NCBI GenBank assembly: GCA_964362265.1
Contig: CAYIDT010000001.1
Span: forward strand, 1 to 30,555
Source: an uncultured Gammaproteobacteria bacterium
Lineage (GTDB): Bacteria > Patescibacteriota > Microgenomatia > Daviesbacterales > UBA10151
Reading direction: 5' to 3'
DNA: 30,555 bases
The translations under genes and the position numbers were made by a program. This document shows, in pieces, positions 24,632-30,555 of the stretch; position 1 is the stretch's first letter; each line of letters starts with the position of its first letter. The notes beneath the pieces were generated by a model that saw only the letters and a list, made by a program, of their open reading frames with translations, searched no databases and was not told where the DNA came from.

Positions 24632-25965
24632 ACTTGAACTCCTTTCTCAAACTGTGCAGTTTTTTCGTAGTGTTGCCTTATATACTCAACTATCCTTTTT
24701 GGCTGATACGTTCCCAAACTATACCAATTTCCAATTTGTGGAATCTGCCAAACAATTATTTTGGGCTTTTCTCTTTCAAAGCCTGCCAAAACTTTATCCT
24801 GCATACCGTCAATTTCCATGTACCAGACATAGTTATCTACCCAAGGTTTAGGAGGTAAACGGTTCGATAAAACGTATTCTATTGAGGGCACACCCAGCAA
24901 ATAAATCCTGTTGCTGGGTAAGGTTAACTCATCAATTTGTTTTGCTAAAGCTATTTCCTGAGGACCATAAAATCTGGCTGGCAAATTTATATTACCCAAA
25001 TTACTTTTAACTAAAACGACACTTACCAGTAAAATTGGCAAACTTACAATTAAAGCATTTTTCTTGTTTAAAATTAAAGATAGTAATACTATATAAACTG
25101 CCACTGCTGGTTGAAATCTGAAAAAATCAAACCTTGGAAAAGCTACCAAAAAAGTACCAGCAAAGATAAGTAATATTATTTTGAAAATTTCGCCTCTTTT
25201 GTTCCATTGATTTAAACCATTAAAACAAGCTAATAGTCCAGGTATAAAGAGAATAAAAATCTCTATAAATTCTTTAGTAGATGGCCAATTGGAATAACCT
25301 GGGAATTTGGGGTACCAAAAAAGTGGAACAATTGTTGTCCAAAATAAATAGTCGCCCATTAAACCACTCGAGATGATAAACAACAAAACTAATATCACTG
25401 GTACCACAAGTCCAAAGAAAAATTTAGGTAACTGCCTAAATTGTCTATATACCAAGAAATAAACTATCAGAAGAATAATCGCAACTCCTGTTTGCTGTTT
25501 GATAAAAAAAGCAAACGACAGAAAAAATCCCATCCAAAAGGTTTTTCTGTAAAGGCTTGATAGAATTCCAAGGAGAATAAATGGTACTGTCGCCAAATCA
25601 AACCAAAGCATGTTCCCAGAAGTTAAAGGTTGAACAAAAATATAAAGACTAAGTGGCACTAAACTCAACGCTTTTTTACCAATTATTTTTCTTGAGATAA
25701 AAAATATTAAAAAATCTGAGATTAAAATTGTAGTCCATGTAAAAAGTTGGAGAGTCAAAAGATTAAAGCCAAATATTTTGTAAACAACAGAAAGTATCAG
25801 TACTAAAAGCGGTTGGTAAGGCAAAGCAATATCTTGATACAGTTTAAAACTATTATTTAGTAAATATGGATAAGAAAACATTTCCGGCCAAGCAGTAAAC
25901 TGCAAATTAAAAAGAATAAATAAGTGAATTACTAAAAGAAATATTACACCTATAATAATTTTCAT
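24613..25965 (-). CDS. Probable GT-C fold membrane glycosyltransferase, 450 aa
   Basis: About 10-12 TMs. First loop TAWPE...LYQDIALPYQPL, LWFD, FIKQ, C-terminal soluble domain. This is the same architecture as the other GT-C ORFs. Confidence 0.7.
   Translation of the reverse strand: MKIIIGVIFLLVIHLFILFNLQFTAWPEMFSYPYLLNNSFKLYQDIALPYQPLLVLILSVVYKIFGFNLLTLQLFTWTTILISDFLIFFISRKIIGKKALSLVPLSLYIFVQPLTSGNMLWFDLATVPFILLGILSSLYRKTFWMGFFLSFAFFIKQQTGVAIILLIVYFLVYRQFRQLPKFFFGLVVPVILVLLFIISSGLMGDYLFWTTIVPLFWYPKFPGYSNWPSTKEFIEIFILFIPGLLACFNGLNQWNKRGEIFKIILLIFAGTFLVAFPRFDFFRFQPAVAVYIVLLSLILNKKNALIVSLPILLVSVVLVKSNLGNINLPARFYGPQEIALAKQIDELTLPSNRIYLLGVPSIEYVLSNRLPPKPWVDNYVWYMEIDGMQDKVLAGFEREKPKIIVWQIPQIGNWYSLGTYQPKRIVEYIRQHYEKTAQFEKGVQVWQRKD
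24639..24644 (-). promoter_or_regulatory. Shine-Dalgarno site for the GT4 at 24631, inside the upstream CDS
   Basis: AAGGAG, 7 nt before the ATG. Confidence 0.6.
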
Positions 25966-25976
25966 GTTAAGTTATG

Positions 25977-26786
25977 TTATGTTTTCCTTGCTATAACCAT
26001 TAAGTCAGATCCTAGTCCTAATTTAGAAACTACCCATGCAGGAACAGCTGTTAAAGCTTCCTTAAAAAATCTTTTTTTGAAACTAAATAAAGACAATAAA
26101 ACTCCACCGATTGGACTTCCATAGTCCCAAATTCCGGAGGCTTTTTCTATAAAGATAACCTTAAATCCTATTTTTTTTAAAAGCAGCAATAAAGACTTCT
26201 CCGAAAAATGCCAAAGGTGCTCATCCGGTAAAAGTAATGGCCAATTTGTTCCCAGAAGTTTTGCGGATAAACCACCGAAATTAGGAAGGTCAATATAAAG
26301 CAATCCACTAGGGGAGAGTAAGCTTTTAATTTTTTCTAAAATCCTAACAGGATGATCCATATGCTCTAATGTATGATTTAAAATCACTAGGTCATATTTT
26401 TCATCTAAATTTGTTTGCATAAAATCCCACACCGTTACAGGAATTCCACGTTTCGCTGCTACCCCGGCTGCCTTTTTTGAAATCTCAACCCCCACTACCT
26501 CCCACCCCAAATTTTTTAAAAGAGAAAGCATTATTCCAGTTGAACAACCAATTTCCAGCACCTTACCTTCCTTCTTAAATTTTAAGATTTTATCTACTCT
26601 TTTCTGAAAAATATTTTTAAATAATTTTTCCTCCTCTATATAAACTTCATCCCTATGATACTTCCCTTTTTGAACATCCAACTTATCAGTTTGCCCAAAA
26701 ACACAATACGAACATTTAAGTATCAAGTAATTTTCAATTTCCGCAAACTTTTTTAAATTATGTCCACAAATTAAACAAGTATTCAT
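25977..26786 (-). CDS. Class I SAM-dependent methyltransferase with N-terminal CxxC..CxxC zinc ribbon, 269 aa
   Basis: CLIC and CSYC, motif I VLEIGCSTG, VGVEIS, YDLVILNHTLEH, LYIDLPN, EHLWHFS. Confidence 0.9.
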   Translation of the reverse strand: MNTCLICGHNLKKFAEIENYLILKCSYCVFGQTDKLDVQKGKYHRDEVYIEEEKLFKNIFQKRVDKILKFKKEGKVLEIGCSTGIMLSLLKNLGWEVVGVEISKKAAGVAAKRGIPVTVWDFMQTNLDEKYDLVILNHTLEHMDHPVRILEKIKSLLSPSGLLYIDLPNFGGLSAKLLGTNWPLLLPDEHLWHFSEKSLLLLLKKIGFKVIFIEKASGIWDYGSPIGGVLLSLFSFKKRFFKEALTAVPAWVVSKLGLGSDLMVIARKT

Positions 26787-27577
26787 AGAATTCGCCTTTT
26801 TAATTTTTTTAGTGGTGTTTCTATGGATGCTCTTATTTTATAAACACTGGACATCCTTACCCAAGGAGAAGGAACCTCCAATGGTCTCTCAAGATAGAAC
26901 ACTTCTGGATACTTAAAATTTTTAGGGAAAGGAATTCCAAGCTCATATTTAAATTTTCTATGTGAAGTAGATCTTGGGAGATGGGTAAAATGTAGGTAAG
27001 GAGTGTCTATAAACTTAAGTTTATCGTCAATCATTTGAAGCGCTCGATCGTTTTTATCATAAAAAGCTTCCAGTGGATAATCTCCCTTCAAATGAAGTCC
27101 TGGAATTTTTCTGTTAATAGCTCTTATATTAAGATGTCCCTTTTTACCTAAAATCTCATACTTACCTGCCATTTCCTCCTGATAATGATAAATATCTCCA
27201 ACTAAATTAATAACTGGAGTAACAATCGCATATAAATTATCCCCCTGCTTTTCAATAACAGAAATTATTTTTCTTATTGAATTCTCCCACCAGACTTCAT
27301 CACCATCTAAAATGAAAATCCAATCACAAATTGAAGCTTCTAACATTTGCTGACGAAGAGAAGTTATTCCCTTTGGCTTTTGGGAACCAAATGCCTTAAA
27401 CTCAATCTTTCCCGGGAACTCATTTATTAATCCTTTTACAATCTCTACCGTATTATCGCTACTTCCCGTATCCCAAATAAGCATTTTGTCTAAAAATTCG
27501 ATTACGCTCTTTACTGCAAAGTAAATATATCGGTCCTCATTTTTTACAATGCAGTTTCCCCAAATTTTTTTAGACAT
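26783..27577 (-). CDS. Glycosyltransferase family 2, 264 aa
   Basis: CIVKNEDRYI, IWDTGSSDNT, WIFILDGDEV (DxD), HFTH. Confidence 0.87.
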   Translation of the reverse strand: MSKKIWGNCIVKNEDRYIYFAVKSVIEFLDKMLIWDTGSSDNTVEIVKGLINEFPGKIEFKAFGSQKPKGITSLRQQMLEASICDWIFILDGDEVWWENSIRKIISVIEKQGDNLYAIVTPVINLVGDIYHYQEEMAGKYEILGKKGHLNIRAINRKIPGLHLKGDYPLEAFYDKNDRALQMIDDKLKFIDTPYLHFTHLPRSTSHRKFKYELGIPFPKNFKYPEVFYLERPLEVPSPWVRMSSVYKIRASIETPLKKLKRRIL

Positions 27578-27586
27578 AACTTGAGT

Positions 27587-30253
27587 TTAGCTTTTTTTAA
27601 AAAATATTGCCACAGAGGAAAGTATAAGAATTATTATTGAGGCAATCGATATTTTCACTCCCAAGTCTACCTTTTCCTGAGGTTTATATAAAAGTTTTAA
27701 ATCTTCCTGTATATTTGCAGGTATAAAAAATCCGTTAATCATAGAATAAAATGGAAGCGGTTTAATTTTTTGATCAGAAAGTAGTTCCCATCCTTTATCA
27801 TAGTGATCAGAAAAAACTAACCATTTTGGTTTTTCTGTTGATATATCAATTGAATAACTTGTTGGGTTATACTCTGTATAGAAAACTTCTTCAAACTTTA
27901 AATTTGAAAGGATCTCCCGTAATCTAAACTCATCTAAAACTTTATCCAAATCCATTACTTCAAACTTATTAAATAATTTTTCAGCGTTTTCGGAAGCGTT
28001 TACAAACTGTTCTTTTGAGAAAACTCCTACAATATTAACAGCATTAAATCCTCCTATATTCTCAATTTTTATAGCCTTTTCGCCTTTGGATAAATTAAAA
28101 GGCCCAAATATACTCCATTTAAATCGGGAGCTAGGTTTTATAATATTCTCATTACCATCTAAATTAATTTTTATCCCTGCGCTGTTTGTAGCCGAAATAC
28201 TTCTTACCCCTAAATAATAATCATCAATTTTATTAATATTTGTAAGAAATTCAATTTTCTCTCCCTTAATAGTTGAGAAATCTAATCCTTTTCCGAAAAG
28301 TAAATCCTGTGTTTTTATGTCATATTTTAGAAGTTCTGATTTTATATCTAAATATTGATCAGCTTTATATCTCCCCCAATCACTTTTACTAAACTCTTTT
28401 GAGAAGTTTTTTTGTAAAAATGTAATTTTTATATCATCTTTTGTTCTGTCTTTAAGAACTAGCAGCGCGGAATCCTCTGGTAAGGTCAAAAGATATTCCG
28501 GATCTAATAATCCATCCTCTAAAAATATGAATCCTTGATTCGACAGATTAAAATTATCAATTTCGTCCTGAAGTTTTTTATATATACTCATATCTCCTAA
28601 ACCCAAGATAACTTTAGCCTGAGTAAATATTTTTGGATTTGGATCCGAAACCTGGTAGATTGGAAATTCTAAATTCCAATCTAATTTTTTAAACCCTAAA
28701 GAATCTATAAATTTCAAAAATAATTTCCTGTTTTCTAAATCCTTATCATTCCAGATTTTTTTACGTTCATCCGGAGGAAATAAGGCATATTTAATACCTA
28801 AAAGCGCAAACCAGTCTTTCAATTGTGAATCATGTAGAAAATAAAACAAATCGTAGGAACCCTCTATCATCAAGGCAAAAGGTTTATCCTGAGATAAAGT
28901 ATTTGCAGATATAGCTTCTTTTTTAATCGTAGAATATGCAAGGGGAGGTTGTTCTGGAAACCAAATACTTCTAAAAAATAAGTTGTCCTTATTAAAATTC
29001 TGATGAATAATCTCATAATCCTGATTAAAAGCTTTACCCGCCAAAACACCAGTTAATCCTCCTTTAAAAACAGGATTAATAAGAAAAAGTATATAGAAAT
29101 AAACAAAATACAAAAATATGAGCCTTATCTTTCTACTACTTATATGTTTTATAAACTGTCTAATGGTGAAGGGGAGTACACATGCTGAAAAGAGTAAAGT
29201 AGGTATAAAAAATTTAGAGGAATCCCTAAATGAGTCGGCGAAGGGAATATTATCCAGCAACCATTGATATAAATTCCCAAATGGTTCTTCTATTCCCTTT
29301 GCAAAAAAAATAAAAATTAATAAAGATAGAATAAAAGATAGGACTTGTTTATTTTTTTCAAACAAAACCGTGGAGAAAACTAGAAGAGGCAGTAATCCAA
29401 AATAAAAAGGTATCGTTGAAAGTTTACCGAATTCATTCCTAGGAAAATGAGGATTATACAAAAATAATGCATCTAATATCGTGATTAGTTGATTTATCGA
29501 TGAAGACTTAATTATAGAAGGATCTTTTAATAAATCAATTAACGATAAAACCCAAAATGCGTTGATTAATGCGGTACATACAATTATTGGTAATAAAAAA
29601 AATAATATTTTTAACCTATTAGAGTTTCCATAAATAATAAATTCTGTAAATTGAAGTATTAAAAATGAGAATAACAATAATATCGTAATCCTTACATCAA
29701 TATTTGAAAGCAAAATAAAAGATACAGCGCTGAAAATAAAATTTCTAACACTCTGGTTGTCTGCAAATTTCTTAAAAAATAATAAACAAAAGGGGAACAA
29801 ACCATAGGCTAAACTAACTCCGACTTGACCTCCATCAAGAAGTACTAAAAAGTGTGTATTAAATTCATAAAATAGACTCCCCAAAAAAGCTAGCCAGCTA
29901 TTTTTAATGTAGCTTTTAATGAAAAAAAAACTTCCTAAAAAAGCAAGGATTGTTGAGGGAAAATAAAATACTAATCTTATTAAAGCTGAACTATCTAATC
30001 CAAAAAGTTGATTTAATAAGCCTAGTATAAAGGTAGGAAAATAAAGCCATAAAACTGAGGCTTGCGACTCCCCAAAATTATTATTCCTAAAATCCCAAAC
30101 TAAAGGTTTATCAAAAAGTGATTTTAAATTCTCAGGATAAAAAAATGGAGCATCGGCGAAAACTAGAGGTCCCGGGTAAAAAAATGCACTGAATACTACT
30201 AAATATGGCAGAATAAACAGAGCAAATAAATTAAATATCTCAAGCTTTTTCAT
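27587..30253 (-). CDS. Large YfhO-like GT-C membrane protein, 888 aa
   Basis: N-terminal multi-TM region with an acidic first loop (VFADAPF), FRDSSKF, a ~430 aa soluble region, a YfhO-like tail (NPTSY..WLVFSDHYDKGW..INGF..YKPQ..LG..IS) and a final TM. The ORF-track start at 30265 is TTG; the ATG at 30253 is preferred. Confidence 0.72.
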   Translation of the reverse strand: MKKLEIFNLFALFILPYLVVFSAFFYPGPLVFADAPFFYPENLKSLFDKPLVWDFRNNNFGESQASVLWLYFPTFILGLLNQLFGLDSSALIRLVFYFPSTILAFLGSFFFIKSYIKNSWLAFLGSLFYEFNTHFLVLLDGGQVGVSLAYGLFPFCLLFFKKFADNQSVRNFIFSAVSFILLSNIDVRITILLLFSFLILQFTEFIIYGNSNRLKILFFLLPIIVCTALINAFWVLSLIDLLKDPSIIKSSSINQLITILDALFLYNPHFPRNEFGKLSTIPFYFGLLPLLVFSTVLFEKNKQVLSFILSLLIFIFFAKGIEEPFGNLYQWLLDNIPFADSFRDSSKFFIPTLLFSACVLPFTIRQFIKHISSRKIRLIFLYFVYFYILFLINPVFKGGLTGVLAGKAFNQDYEIIHQNFNKDNLFFRSIWFPEQPPLAYSTIKKEAISANTLSQDKPFALMIEGSYDLFYFLHDSQLKDWFALLGIKYALFPPDERKKIWNDKDLENRKLFLKFIDSLGFKKLDWNLEFPIYQVSDPNPKIFTQAKVILGLGDMSIYKKLQDEIDNFNLSNQGFIFLEDGLLDPEYLLTLPEDSALLVLKDRTKDDIKITFLQKNFSKEFSKSDWGRYKADQYLDIKSELLKYDIKTQDLLFGKGLDFSTIKGEKIEFLTNINKIDDYYLGVRSISATNSAGIKINLDGNENIIKPSSRFKWSIFGPFNLSKGEKAIKIENIGGFNAVNIVGVFSKEQFVNASENAEKLFNKFEVMDLDKVLDEFRLREILSNLKFEEVFYTEYNPTSYSIDISTEKPKWLVFSDHYDKGWELLSDQKIKPLPFYSMINGFFIPANIQEDLKLLYKPQEKVDLGVKISIASIIILILSSVAIFFKKS

Positions 30254-30449
30254 GCCAAATATCAAAAAGCAGACTATATAAAAAAATTAAAAAAGTTAAT
30301 ATAATCAAATTATGAGCAAAATTTAAACGATTTAGTAAAAGCGCTACGGAAATGACAGCAATTGTTAAAATAGGTACAGCAAAATAAACTCCTCTTGATG
30401 GTCTAATAGTGAGTAAAAATACTATCCACAATAAGCTAATAGTGAACAT
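30240..30449 (-). CDS. Small hydrophobic membrane protein, 69 aa
   Basis: ATG start, 2-3 TM segments, 14-nt overlap with the next gene, and a consensus-like promoter just upstream. Confidence 0.55.
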   Translation of the reverse strand: MFTISLLWIVFLLTIRPSRGVYFAVPILTIAVISVALLLNRLNFAHNLIILTFLIFLYSLLFDIWHEKA

Positions 30450-30457
30450 GATCGTAG

Positions 30458-30486
30458 ATTCTACCTTAACCTTTGAGAAATAGCAA
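30458..30486 (-). promoter_or_regulatory. Putative sigma70 promoter TTGCTA-N17-TAGAAT
   Basis: -35 TTGCTA at 30486..30481, exact 17-nt spacer, -10 TAGAAT at 30463..30458, 8 nt before the ATG at 30449. Confidence 0.55.
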
Positions 30487-30489
30487 AAG

Positions 30490-30555
30490 TCAATTACCGA
30501 GTTTAGCAGAATAAAGTTTTATGGAATCGCTTACATGCTCGACAAATCTCCATTC
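30490..30555 (-). CDS. 3' end of an upstream CDS cut by the window edge
   Basis: Open frame from the edge reading EWRFVEHVSDSIKLYSAKLGN, then TGA at 30492..30490. Too short to identify. Confidence 0.35.
   Translation of the reverse strand, partial: EWRFVEHVSDSIKLYSAKLGN

Noticed and set aside
1099-24858. All plus-strand ORFs in the track (for example 1099-1296, 6223-6513, 7447-7737, 10932-11267, 21406-21693) and the short nested minus-strand ORFs (3789-4019, 14996-15208, 19835-20038)
   Set aside because: All are 62-111 aa, overlap well-supported minus-strand genes, and show no family motifs. They are the expected shadows of an AT-rich coding strand.
4264-26612. Short A/T palindromes (for example 4264-4277, 10186-10197, 17124-17137)
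   Set aside because: They are 12-14 bp and low complexity, as expected by chance at this AT content.
2832-30265. Longer ORF-track starts for rsmH (2843), mraZ (3273), recO (7631), GT4 (21350) and the YfhO-like gene (30265)
   Set aside because: Each is a TTG codon that extends into an upstream gene or promoter. A downstream ATG matches the family N-terminus or gives a normal junction.
30240-30300. The 69-aa ORF as a frameshifted N-terminus of the 888-aa protein (A7/A6 runs at 30280-30294)
   Set aside because: The large ORF has its own ATG and begins with a TM followed by the acidic loop expected at the start of a GT-C, and short overlaps are the norm here. This cannot be fully excluded without reads.
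1-30555. Alternative genetic code (TGA read as Gly) as in some CPR lineages
   Set aside because: Long conserved genes have no in-frame TGA, and TGA ends many genes at their family-typical C-termini.
1-30555. CRISPR arrays, tRNA/rRNA genes, IS elements, prophage or defence genes
   Set aside because: There is no intergenic space for them (largest gap 132 nt), and I saw no spaced direct repeats, cloverleaf or transposase/integrase motifs.

Overview
AT-rich, extremely compact bacterial chromosomal segment. Every supportable gene lies on the minus strand. TGA acts as a stop codon (it is the stop in eight ATGA overlaps), so the standard bacterial code applies. In transcription order (right to left): a ~21 kb cell-envelope glycan locus (small membrane ORF, YfhO-like GT-C, GT2, SAM methyltransferase, GT-C, GT4, GT2, GT-C, GT4, GT4, left-handed beta-helix acyltransferase, unknown 2-TM protein, GT2, O-antigen ligase/Wzy_C-like protein, GT-C, GT4, GT2, GT4, GT4, small priming phosphoglycosyl transferase). 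It runs without a break into a DUF4012 protein, recO, alpha2-type glyQS, purF and an unknown membrane-anchored protein. After the only sizeable intergenic gap (132 nt, carrying MraZ-box-like repeats) comes the start of the dcw cluster: mraZ-rsmH-ftsL-like-ftsI. Gene content, compaction and protein style resemble Patescibacteria/CPR (Microgenomates-like); this is inference, not proof. I saw no rRNA, tRNA, CRISPR array or mobile element. Best candidate for an undescribed system: a lipid-carrier glycan pathway pairing four GT-C enzymes and a ligase-like protein with a non-canonical catalytic motif with a DUF4012 protein that may act as an LCP-like anchoring enzyme. The three adjacent housekeeping enzymes (RecO, GlyRS, PurF) each show loss or remodelling of a metal site. 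Several ORF-track starts are TTG over-extensions and are corrected below.
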